Below are positions 25,384 to 37,049 of a stretch of DNA of 64,000 bases, piece after piece. Made by a program: the position numbers and the translations under genes. The stretch is from assembly GCA_002633005.1 (NCBI GenBank), contig NMRA01000800.1, positions 62,001 to 126,000 on the forward strand, in the 5' to 3' direction. The stretch's first letter is position 1. Each line of letters opens with the position of its first letter. The DNA is from Phoronis australis. Lineage: Eukaryota; Animalia; Phoronida. A model generated the notes under the pieces. That model did not search any database. It saw only the letters and a program-made list of their open reading frames with translations, and was not told where the DNA came from.

Positions 25384-26436
25384 AAGGAGAAAAACGTTAC
25401 CGTGCCGTCCTTTTATAGCCACCGTAGGAAGGAGTGTGGTTTTAACACTTAACGTTATTTTAGAGCATAGGCGGATTTAGGGTAGTGGTGGAAGGGTAAG
25501 AGGTCATGGACGCTCTGGACATGATCAGAAAACGCCTATCACTTCAAATTGAGGTGTAACCCAAATTTTCGTTCCAAACTACGGCGTCCTAGCTTGTGTA
25601 TGATGATGTGGTTAATAACGATAATGACGAGGGTATAGTGGGGTTGCCAACTAATTTTATCTATTATTGGGGACAAATAAAACAACAAGAATAATGTATA
25701 TTTTAAGTTGTATTGGGAATTTCAGGGTCACAGCTCTACAAATAACTATTTCACAGAAGGAACCAGATGGGTTCCTTAATTACAAGAGATAACACACACA
25801 CATTTTCGATACCCAAAGTACAACTGAGTATCGGATGCTAAGTGGCACAGGTTAGCGTAGTACCAAATAGGTACATAATACCAAATGGTTATTGGCCGAT
25901 TGCCTACTAACTGGGTCGAGCAAAACGGCAAATTCAATAACAAGTACCAAGTGGGTACAAACTGCCAAATGGGCAAATATCATATAAAGTACCAAGTGGG
26001 TACACCAAACAGCCAACTGGGCTATAACAACCTGCAAAGCAGGGTTCCGGACAAGCTGAGTGAGCAGACCAGCCGGAGTGATAAAAAAGATATTGTAAGG
26101 AACGTGGTGTTGTGGCTCAGTATGTGCCGAGAGCTGTGACCGGGGTTGAGAGAAGCAAGCTGCAGTGATGGATGCTCGAGTACAGGTTGGGTCGCTAGCC
26201 AATGACGTCGAAGTATAAAATTGGCTAATTAGGACAACTTACGAGTGAACGTACTGTTGCTTGAGGCTGGGCCAACAGGAAGCTGGAGAGAAAGAACAAA
26301 CAGCGCTACCATCGGACTTGGTAGGAACTAACTAGGAGTTGGATATGAAGCATGAAGGGCTGTATAATGTTATTTGCCCAAATAATAGGATTTATGTCAG
26401 AGTGCCATAAATCTCATTATTGAAATTACTTTCTAG

Positions 26437-26649
26437 GTGATTATAACGTGGCATACAAGAAATCCACGAAAATGAGTTCCACACATCCACAAGGATATGG
26501 AAAGAATGCCGTTGACGGCAACAGAAACCCAAACTATGAAATGTCTTCTTGCATCCATACTGACTCTGATACGTATGCTTGGTGGCAAGTGGACCTCGGT
26601 GAATACCTTTGGGTCTTGGGAGTAGATATCGTCAACTTGGTCAAGCCTG
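26437..26649 (+). CDS. Host mosaic protein exon: F-type lectin (FTP / F5-8 type C-like) domain 1, N-terminal half
   Basis: Acceptor tactttctag|, donor |gtaagt, 213 nt, phase 1-1. DYNVAYKKSTKMSS...NAVDGN...SCIHT...WWQVDLG...VDIVNLVKP. Confidence 0.92.
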
Positions 26650-27700
26650 GTAAGTCTCCGATACGCTTCTCGCGTAAAAATGTGGTAAAAACCAATCGTC
26701 TGTCGATCAAATTACAATTTACGCCGCTTATTTTAGATATGTTGGTTTTATCCTGAATTATGGTCTCCGACAGGCATACATATGTCTCCAGTATTAAGAA
26801 ACTGTCTTTTTAGCGTGCTCAATTTTTGTTTTCATGCCGTAAATTTTGTTTTTTCTGTTTGAAATTACACTCATTTCCCGACAAAATTGCCCTACCCATC
26901 GGCTGATATTTCACAGCTGGGTCCTGCTCAGTCAGTTTAAATCAAAACTAATTGTGTTTTCCCAATCAAGAACCAAATTGATTCACAAGTTTTAATACAA
27001 ATTTTGCGTTAAAATTTCAACTGCTGTATTTTCGGTCAAAACTTCAAAAATACCCCAGTGACAAATTGTAAGGTTTACAACTACACGGCTTTGCAGGGTG
27101 ACATTTTGGGGGTAGTGAGAACACAGACTGGACATTAATAGACGTGAAGTCACGTGTATCTCGAGCCGCGATTTGGTGTTGCAGCTTGCTGTCAACAACA
27201 CGCGTGGTTGTTGGTAGATAAGGCAATTTAGTATATTAACCCTTTTGCTACATCGCATAAAACCCAAGGCCGTAGGAAGCGGGGAACCGGGGGAAGGGGG
27301 CCCGCGCCCCTCAAAATTTGCAGGCGTAAGGGTTAAACCATGCAACCGGCATAAGCTTGGTGCCGGGGAGAATCCAGGTAAGAAATACTACATGTACGAA
27401 TACGAATGAGAGAGAAAATTCAAGAGAACATTTTTGCAAGTGAGTATCAGTGCATGGCTTACACTTTGAGGGCCCTGGCCAGGACATTGTTGTTAGGGTC
27501 TCCATTTTGATTGAAATTAAACTTATTGCTCGTCAACTTGGAAAAGTTCTCCGCCAGTCCTCCAGATGTCGTTTCGCTGTAGACAGCACCTTCTCTGTGC
27601 CGTCTGCCATTTTGTGCTGGTATCGTTCTATTTAGCTCTCAATAAACCTCAGTGTTTCGTCCACAGTTGTTCGTTCTGAATAAACAATTGCCTTCTGGCG

Positions 27701-27711
27701 TGGTGGCAGCG
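27701..27711 (+). promoter_or_regulatory. Primer-binding site (tRNA-Leu-like)
   Basis: TGGTGGCAGCG sits right after the putative LTR and is complementary to a tRNA 3' end ...CGCTGCCACCA. Confidence 0.6.
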
Positions 27712-30239
27712 TTATGTAAACGCAGTTTAGGCCCGATCCCCGTCAATTACCGCAGCGCACGTACGCTATCCCATTTCAAAGGGGGACGAGCCAGTTCACA
27801 CTACAAATGGCCGTCCACACACCTACCGTGACAACTGACATTGTTTTGCACTTTATTCGCACCTGCAACGTGACGCAGAGAGCGCCTAAACAGTGGTCGT
27901 TAACAAAGAACGAGACAATAACAACTTTTGAGGCTTGGCGTCAGAACCTACTGTACATACTATCACTAGACAAGAATTTTGCTGACTTCCTAGTTGACGG
28001 CGTGTCATGGAGAAAGAAGAGTCCTACCTCACCTCACCGGGGTTTGGTCGCCGACGGCGATGGCGTCCCTGAAATCACAGGAGGACTGCTGCTCAGAAGT
28101 GTCAACACCTGGAGCACCTGCTTGGCCAAATGGCAAACTACTGCTCAGTAATTTCTCTCAATACCATAGTGAAGAACTCCACATCACTGGCAAGCCATTC
28201 GTTTGCATTACGGCCTACAGTCTACCGGTGCTCACTTTTTAGACTTCAGCAACATCGTCCCCGAAGCTGATGAGCAGACAGAAGGCCTGTATCAAAGACT
28301 CCTCTCATTTGTCGAAGACGGTCTACTACAGACCCACGGTACCATTCCACATCACGACGAAGTAGTCACCGTAGATGAAGAGTTGACCCCCACACTAGAG
28401 AAAATGGTTGTTCTCACATGGTTAAAACTCCTCCATCCTGATCTCCCTAACCTAGTAAAGCAACGTTACGGCAATGAACTCCTATCTCGTACCCTAGCCA
28501 CGCTAAAACCAGAGATCTCTCAAGCTATGGACTCGTTACTTGACGAAAAAAACACACTGCAGGTGCTAAGCTACTACGCAACAGTAGTAGCAAATTCGAC
28601 TCCAAACGCTCTAACTTCCACACACCCAAACGGACCTCAAGCAACAGACCATCGTGCCCCCTGTGTGTGCAACCTCGTCGTGCGGAGACACAGCATTTTC
28701 TCAGCAAATGCCCATTTCTTCCACCACAAGATCGTCTTTTCATGAGTAAGGCGCGACAACTTACCTGTTTAGATGACCATAGTGTAGATGACGCCAATGT
28801 GGACGATGACGACGACTGCTCTAACTTTCGAGTGTCACCCCATCGTGTCCGTGTGAACAAGTCTTCTAATTTCAAAGTGTTTTACACTCATCATCCTGTT
28901 GTCCTCACCGTTGACACAGGTGCTGAGACTAATATGATTAAGGCATCCTTCGCAAGGTTCATCGACGCCCCCATCAAACCCAGTACTCAGTGCGCTTTCC
29001 AAGCTGACGACAAGTCACCGTTGTCCGTAGTCGGGGAAACATCACTCTCGGTTTCCCGAAATGACCAAAATTGCTCCTCGAGGCGCTCGTCGTTGACGAT
29101 CTGGACGTCGATGTTTTGGCTGGGACCCCATTCATGACTTCCAACGATATCGCTGTTCGACCAGCAAAGCGTCAAATCACGATCCGAGGGACTGACATAA
29201 TCACCTACGGCTCTGGGACAAAGTCTGCCACAACCCCACACCATGTCCGCCTCAAGCCGTCACATCTGTTACGATCGCCGAGGTGCTCCACAATTTTGTT
29301 CCCAGGGGATTTTTTGGAGGTTACCGTCCCACCTGATGTTGATCCTGATGGATTCCTTGCCATTGAGCCATGGCTTGATACTGGCATCCACTCAAGTAAG
29401 CCATGGCCTCAACCTGCTTTCCTTGCCATTGAGCCATGGCTTGATACTGGCATCCACTCAAGTAAGCCATGGCCTCAACCTGCTATAGTTGAGTCTGTAG
29501 GCGGTAAGATTCGGATTGTAAATTCTTCCATGGAACCATACAACATCCCTCGTAACAACCACTTTGGTCAAGTTCGCGCAACCGCCCCGAACTTCCAGCT
29601 AGTCACGGACTCTGTACCACCAACCAGCTCCACGCGTACTGTCACAGAACTTCCCACATCACAGTATTCGAGCTCTGTTGTGTTGACCCTGACTGTTTGC
29701 TGTCACCTGAGACCAGACAACTGTTTTGCAGTGCCATGAATGAGTACAACCAGGTGTTTAGCCCTCGCGTTCCTGGCTGCAATGGTTCTGCCGGTCCATC
29801 CAAGGCTATGGTGAACATGGGTCCCGTCCAACCACCCCAGCGTCCCGTCCAACCACCCCCAGCGAAAGGGACGTGTCCCACAATATTCTCGTGACAAACT
29901 CGTGGATTTACAAACCAAGTGTGATGAACTTGAGAAGGAAGCTATCTTTCGTCGACTTGAAGACATCGGCATAACTGTTGAGTAAATGAATTCTTCTTTT
30001 CTAGTGAAGAAGCCAAACGGTTGGTTTCGTCTAGTCACTGTCTTCGCGAATGTCGGTCGTTACTGCAAGCCCCAACCGTCCCTTGTGCCCGATGTAGATA
30101 CCGCAATTTGCACCATCGTATGCTGGAGATACCTCATCGTTACGGACCTCACCAGTGCCAGATACCATTGGACCGTTCTTCTATGAAATACTGTGGCGTC
30201 TGCACTCTCTTTAAAGGAGTGCGTGTCTATGCTGCCATN

Positions 30240-30369
30240 GGGATTCGATGAGGGGACATTTGAAGAAAATATGAGGATAAGATTGATGGTCACCACATTT
30301 ACAGTTTGGAGATACATTACTAAAGTTGTGCCTGAACTTGTCAGAGTTGAGGAAAAGGCCACATCTTGA
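30240..30369 (-). mobile_element. LINE C-terminal fragment beside an assembly N, interrupting the Gypsy RT
   Basis: Minus strand reads RCGLFLNSDKFRHNFSNVSPNCKCGDHQSYPHIFFKCPLIE (CCHC knuckle). Shares TCTTCAAATGTCCCCTCATCGAAT with 32491-32514. Confidence 0.7.
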
Positions 30370-31199
30370 TCTGTACAATGCTATTTCGTTCCTTCATTGG
30401 TGCCTACAAAGCTCTTATTCGAGTCCTACCTGCGTGTTCCCAAGCTCTTGCACCGTTAGAAGAGTCAATTGCAGGCATGAAATCCCAGGATAAGGTACCA
30501 TGGAGTGACAGTCTTCGTGATTCCTTTGATCGCGCCCAACAGTCTCTCAAGTCGCACAAGAACATCTTGTTACCAAGACCCTCAGACCAATTGTGGATCG
30601 TCACTAGTCATTGAATAGGGGCAACGTTCTATGTCACAAAAGAGCAGAAGCTGTGTCTTGCTGCGTTTTACAGCGCCAAACTTGGCAAACACCAAGTCAC
30701 TTGGCTCCTGTGCGAGATTGAGGCTCTATCTATAGCTGCTGCCGTCAAACACTTCAGTCTGTTTATTATCCAATCGAAGCACCGGACCTGTCTTCTCACA
30801 GACAGCAAGCCGTGTGTCCAAGCAGTAGAGAAACTATGTAGAGGAGAATTCTCATCTAGTCCTCGTGTAACCTCGTTTCTATCTATTGTCAGTCGCTACC
30901 AGGTTCACTTGTCACACCTAGCTGGTTCCTGATCTTCGACGTGTCCATGTTCATCTGAAACAGGGCACTTGTCCTTCTAAGAAGCTCACTTCCTTACCAG
31001 ACGTGAAGCGTTACCTCAGGGTTACCACTATCTCCCGTGATGGTATACTCGTTGTACGTCAAAGCCAACCCCTGTTTGGTGCTTCCAAGATGATTGTCTT
31101 GCCCCGGGCTGCTCTTGAAGAGTTGCTTACTGCCTCTTAATTTCTTTACGGGCGTTACATGTAGACTATTTTCGAATTTGTCTCATGTTTTTGATAATT

Positions 31200-34043
31200 T
31201 AACGCAAATTACAGCTGTAATATTTAAAATTCTACTTGTGCTTATAACTTCTGCATCAGACACCAGAGCTTAGTTATAAATATTTGCATCCATGTTTCAA
31301 TGGTCAATCAATTTAATGAAATCTGTTTGCAGAATCTCCTTTTGATGAAATATTTTGTGTAGTGTGTGTTCTGCAGTTTGAGACCTTAAATTCCAAAAAA
31401 GATATTGCCTATAGCCCTGCGCTTACACAGACCACAGAAAAAGCGCAAATTAGTTTAATGACTTGGGTGTATGCTGGAATGGGGCTCTGAGCGATCAGTT
31501 TATAGGGACCACCAGTAGTGAGGGAAAACTAGGGAATTGCCCTCAAAGAAGATAATCTTGAGCTTTGGGCACAAGTTGCCATTTGTCCTACAAGACTGGA
31601 ACGGATCTTGGTGAGATGGAGAGCGGTAACGTTAGATCCTGTACTAAACGTCTTGATGCACAAGCCCAGGATATTGCACGGGTCTGTTAAAAGTGGATAC
31701 CAGCATCGATCTATTGGATCCCAATGTCCATCCCAAAGACGCAGTGGTGAACATTAGCATGGCAGGATTGCCACTTCAACAGTCAACGTACATGAAACAA
31801 TAAGCATGGGGCAGGTAGTGTTATCGCACTTCGAGAAAGGCTGGCAGTACGTTAGGAACACAAGTGGGCAATCACTGATGAAGATCCTTGTCCCTTAATA
31901 TAGTACAAGGATATTGGAGATCGAGACATCCCATGAAGAAGTTTGCTCCATTATTGTACAACAGGACGTGAAATGTGCATATGAACTTAACAAATTTTAG
32001 GTTGTTTCGGATGTCAAAAAAATATTTGTCCTTCGTATGCATTACTAAGACAAGGAACAGCTTCAATTACCACAACCATGAAATCACGTAGTAAGCGTGG
32101 AACAGTCGAACACATAAAGTTAACAGTGAAAACATGTAGCGATATTGTGAAGTTCTCCTCCCTGCCCATGCGCTGTTGGGGTGTAACACGTTGGCATGCT
32201 ACTGTGGAGTTGGAAAGGGATTCATCGTTAAAATATTGAAGGCTGAACATGACCTGTCTGCCATCGGCACTAGAAATGCACATTTTTCTGATGTCATGAA
32301 ACAGGCCACTAAATGTATGTGCGCCTGTTATGGAATGAAGAGAATCAGGAAGACTACTGGTATGGGGAAGAGAAATGGCAAGAAATATATGTCCACCCCC
32401 AAACTGTCACCGACAACAGAGGCATTCAAAGAGAACGTAAACGTAAACAGAGCCCATTACCAGTCAGTCATGTGGTGGAATGTCACCAGCTCTTCAAATG
32501 TCCCCTCATCGAATACCTGAGAGACTCACTCTTTCGTGCACTCAATGATAACCAATCAATTGTTAACGCTCTCAATTCCTGTAATAATATCCCTACTAGA
32601 GTTACATTATTGTTCTCAACGAATTCCTCCTAAGCAACGTTAGCAAATTTTTATGTACCGTTTATCAATATTGTTGCATTTGACTTCCCTACATGAATCT
32701 GTACATATTTTTGTTTTACATAACTGTAATAGCATATCTAAGTATTGGAATACTTATTTTAGATTCTACTTAATTGTATATACCTCTATGTATATAAGTT
32801 TCATTTATGAATTGTTTACAACCCAGATATAATGCTTCGCGGTTTCTGGGTTTGTTATTATTTCTTTGTATGTTCTGTATATCCTTCATTAAAGATACAG
32901 TATATCACTTAAAAAACCAGCTCTAGATCCAGAAGATTATGGATGAAAGAAAGATGCCATAAACAAATCATTCTCACCATTAATAATTCCGCATGGTGTG
33001 CAACTCGCTCCTATTGCATACTAGTGGTGATTAGGTGTGACCGTAAAGGTCAGATTTCACGAAATTCAAGTAGATACAATTGCAGAGTCAATTTTCTATC
33101 CCGCACAATATTTTGGGCACATTATACTGTAGTGAATTACCATTTGAAACGTCTTGTGACTGGTGTCCATTCGATAGTTTATTGTCCTGGGTTTATGCAA
33201 TTAATCAAATTTGGTCATCTACTACTTTATATACCCTGGGTATCAGACAAAACTAGAATTTGCTGTGTTGTGTAATAAATTACAGATTATTTATATTTAT
33301 GATGTAATAACAGATTACATTAAATTCATCAGTAAAAATACCAAAATAATTTACATGTGGTGCCCCCCGTAAGAAAGTTATGAGCAGAAACAGAATTTTT
33401 GTTAATGGCTGCCTTTATTTGCATACATTATGCTTATTCATCGTGCAACTTGCAAACTGATTTCATTAACCTAATTGACCACAGGAAAATAGGTTCAAAT
33501 ATCATGAGAGTTTACCTATGGAGCTTGGTACCGCAGCTATAAGCACAAGTAGATATATGCACAAGTAAAATTTTGAATAATGGCATAAATTATGCAAATT
33601 GACAATGTATTCACCAAAAAACTTGCACTATTGAATTCTTTGACCATGGAAACATGAGTAGAAACGTCAAAATTATTTGGCTGCTGTGCTTGGTAAGGAA
33701 ATTCTAAGCAAAAATAGAATTTTACATAATGGCTGTCTTAATTTGCATAAATTATGCAAATTGACAATGTATTCACCTAAAAAGTAGCATTATTAAATTT
33801 GTTGACCATAAAAACATGGATAAAACGTCAAAATTATCGGGCTTCAGTGAGTGGTAAGGAAATTATAAGCAAAAATAGAATTTTGCTTAAAAGCGAACCT
33901 TAATTTGCATATTTAAAAAGATGCTCAAGGGTTGCGAACGGTCACCCCCTTAAATCATGGTTACTTAACCCTAAGCTACATGAAACTGCAAAGAAAAAAC
34001 TTTATCTGGCAAAACCACGTTCAGCCCCCTGGCTCCCGGACTA
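31200..34043 (+). mobile_element. AcademX-like DNA transposon remnant (XPG/H3TH nuclease and Cys-rich tail)
   Basis: AHALLGCNTLACYCGVGKG (H3TH), LSPTTEAFKENV..RAHYQSVMW, PALDPEDYG*KK and VIRC.. Cys remnant. Subterminal repeats at 33400-33910 have an inverted counterpart at 31200-31335. Right end ...GGCTCCCGGACTA (TAG-type terminus). Confidence 0.7.
32494..32915 (+). mobile_element. 5'-truncated LINE 3' end with A-tail and 9-bp TSD
   Basis: TSD ACCAGCTCT at 32485-32493 and 32916-32924. FKCPLIEYLRDSLF C-terminal motif, ATTAAA and an A-run at the 3' end. Confidence 0.8.
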
Positions 34044-34847
34044 TTTTGCTCTGTTTACACATTTCTTAATCATATTACGTCGCTGAACGATTTTCCCGTG
34101 AGATTTACCTTCACGCTCTGGCTGCAGTCTGGTGGTTAAAAACAGAAAGTTGCCTAAAAAGATGACCTGAAATAGCGACTTGTGAGCATTCTATCGTTGT
34201 CACGTAAATAGTGCAACGAGCGCCCAAGTTCTACTTAACTTAGGGAGAGAGTACGCCAACGTGAATGGAGATAATTTCACATTTTTATTATTTGTTTTAT
34301 GTTGTTTTTTTGTTTACAATGTACTAAATGTAACGTTGAGATACTTTTTAACTTGAATCTGCCATTGACTGATGAGCAGACGAGACGATTACACTTTGCC
34401 GGCAACGACATTTGTAACGTTGGAAGGTCTTTGATTTGATTTGGTCACGTTGTATTTGTTCTGTCTTTGGCTTTCAAACTTGCCGAATCGACTCTCTTAA
34501 TTGCGAAAATTAGGGAAAAGCCATCCAAGCTCACGGCCCGACTCGCTGGTCCTGGAGGTCACCTCTTGTTTTATGTTAGATCGAGTCGAGACTGGGTCTA
34601 AGGGGTTGTGGGTCGTGGGTAGAGGGGTCGTGGAGTGTGGGGGTCGAGCGGGGCTTAGAACAATCCTTTATTATTTCTCTTCTCCAAAAAAGTCATAGGT
34701 ATTTTATTGGACTTTCTAGGTCTGTGTCAAATCTTTGTTTCTATTGGCAAATGGACAATCATGGCAAAGTCATTACTTTATATTACCTTGTAGTCGCGAC
34801 TCCCGTTTAATACGCCTATGGTTCCAGTGTCATTTTTTCACTTTCAG

Positions 34848-35069
34848 ATGACTGCAAACACAGCAACGCAAAAGATGCCTATTCTGGTACTGCACGACGG
34901 ACCAGTGACCACGGAAAACCGTGCCTTAATTGGTACGAAGGGAGTGCCAGATTTCGTGAGCTTCCTGAAAATTTTTGTCGAAATCCTGACGGCGAGTCCG
35001 TTGGACCTTGGTGTTATACGAGCACAGGCGGAATGAGTTGGTTGCCTTGTAACATTGCAAAATGTGGAA
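34848..35069 (+). CDS. Host mosaic protein exon: kringle domain
   Basis: Acceptor ttttttcactttcag|, donor |gtaagt, 222 nt, phase 1-1. DCKHSNAKDAYSGTARRTSDHGKPCLNW...ENFCRNPDGESVGPWCYTS...WLPCNIAKC has the NFCRNPD and PWCY signatures and six Cys. This frame is not shown in the ORF track. Confidence 0.95.
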
Positions 35070-37049
35070 GTAAGTGACTTTCTTTCCTTGTCGAAGCACG
35101 TTTTGATGTATAATTCAATTTTGAATACATTTATTTCCGATAACTAAAAACTTTTTTTTCTTGCATTGCTGCTTCCTCTAAAGCTGGCTGCGGGATGGAG
35201 AGCGAAAATGGTGGAGGTAGAAATGTATTACATGAAGTTCTGCGAGATATAGGTTGAAGTAACATCCAGTCCATTTTTTTTCCTTTTTCTGTTGGTTGGC
35301 TGTCAAGTTTTAAGTTACACTAATCTTTCTTGATGTTGTATGCTCATACATTTTGATTTGTTCAGTACCTTGTATCGTCACATGAGTTTGTTCTGCTGTG
35401 AATAGAAGGAAAAGTAAACAAAACATTTGAACTTTTAAACGTTGTTTCCGTAATGGTTGAAATTTACATGATTTTTTTTTCACTCAAGCCCACGGGTGAG
35501 CTTCAGATACCGACAAAATACTCATATAATTATTTGAGACGTTACAATGTACAGTTTCTGAAAATGTCACTTGCACATATTTGAGAAACACCAAGGTCAC
35601 TACGTCCTCCACCACCTTTGCCTATCACAAACGTTCACCATAACATCTCACTACTATATCACCAAACTCTGTAGCAAGAATTGCTGTTGCGTAAGGAATT
35701 CCTACCAGGAAATAAGTGAATGCAGGCGTTAAGACCATTACCTGGATGCTCATGCGCATCTTCAAATACATGGAAGTAGGACGTTTCATTCAAGAGACAA
35801 TTTTATTTTCATGCCAGTTATATTAGAGTTATCTAACAAAGGCAGCTTTTTGGGTCCACACTTATCCAGAAAATACATACCATCAATGGCAAAAACTGGG
35901 GACACACTAATCCAGAAAAGCCACAAAATAAATGGCAAAAACTTGGTTTATGCAGTCATGATTCTATTTTGTTACCGTTTCGGTTTCTATTTTCAATGAA
36001 AGTAGGAAAGGTTCTTGTATACTATGCATTTTTCCCAAATGGAGGCCCTGGACGTATCTGCGAAAAATCCATACGTCCACTGGGGGTAAAAAAACGAAAT
36101 AATTAGAAGGAGGTACACGTTGTACCAGATGTACGCAGACAGTATTCTGTAGCGTATGATACAGCGTACCCAATGGCGTATTCACATCAGTATGAGATAA
36201 ATTATAATGCACATGCATACATACATGTATGTTTATGTTTGTGTATATCCAAATAAGAATTATCTCGTAAAAGTTTTGTCGTTCAATTCAATTAATGCTA
36301 TGGCCAAAGGTGATATCATAAATCGAATTTATACTAATTTTGCTCACACCGTCTTCAGATGTCACATGTTGTTGCCTGCATCAAATTGTTTCCAGGCGGG
36401 GAAATTTTATCCCCGTCAGCGTTAAACACTAGTGAAATCTAAGCTATTGTCTTTTAAATACATCAAGGAACCAGATGAATTCTCAAAATTTTTTCGAGAT
36501 TTAGAAAATTTAATGTACCAGATAACCTTCAGCCATGTCCTCGGAAAGCGCAGCGTTACACACCTATGTTGTTGAATCCAAAACTGTATGTTAGCAAAAA
36601 TATTCGACTCCTTTACTCCTCTCGGCGCATGTTCAATACACTTGACGAATGGCGTTGGCGTGATGTCGTCCGATAATTCTTTTCAGCAACCAACGATGCC
36701 AACGAATTCAGTCTCATTCTCGGTGCCGCGAGGAGCTGGTGGAGATGCAATAATTACCACTCACCACAACCTCCATATCTTAAGACGATATCAATGGAGT
36801 GCCATTCCGTAATGCTTGCAAGGCATGTTAAAATTGAATCAAGGAGCCAATCAAAGTTTTTGCGCTTCTGTGAAGTTGATGTGAGAGCCCTTCATGGTAA
36901 TTAACCTACGTGTTGTTAAGTTTGCATTGAGTTAAGATGTTTCAATAGTTTGAGTGAGAATGCGCATGTCGAACAGTTTTGTGTACCATTGGTGGAAGAT
37001 ACTAATACCGTCCCCACGTCAGCCCTAATTAAACTCCACCCCTGATCGT

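Larger units (their letters stand above)
21250..25426. mobile_element. IS3EU-like DNA transposon (6-bp TSD, TAYGG termini)
   Basis: Left terminus TATGGTGGTTGTAAG-GCAACGGCATGGGAAC matches the reverse complement of the right terminus, TACGGTGGCTATAAAAGGACGGCACGGTAAC. Exact GGAAGG duplication at 21244-21249 and 25427-25432. No transposase recognised inside. Confidence 0.8.
27488..31140 (+). mobile_element. Decayed Ty3/Gypsy LTR retrotransposon (5' LTR, PBS, gag, protease, RT, RNase H); 3'-truncated
   Basis: Putative LTR TGTTG... ~27488-27700 with AATAAA. PBS-like TGGTGGCAGCG at 27701. Gag [13 protein letters not shown] and knuckle CPLC...HFLSKC, protease [26 protein letters not shown], RNase H RSFIGAYK / LWIVT / [18 protein letters not shown]. 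Confidence 0.9.

Noticed and set aside
26900-27240. Candidate acceptors for the missing FTP1 C-terminal exon
   Set aside because: Phase-1 frames after the AGs near 26916, 27058 and 27096 hit stops and lack the GRxVxI and LCEV motifs.
32176-32520. Cellular FEN1/XPG-like gene
   Set aside because: The H3TH-like motif is surrounded by frameshifts, a LINE insertion and transposon subterminal repeats, which fits an AcademX-like remnant.
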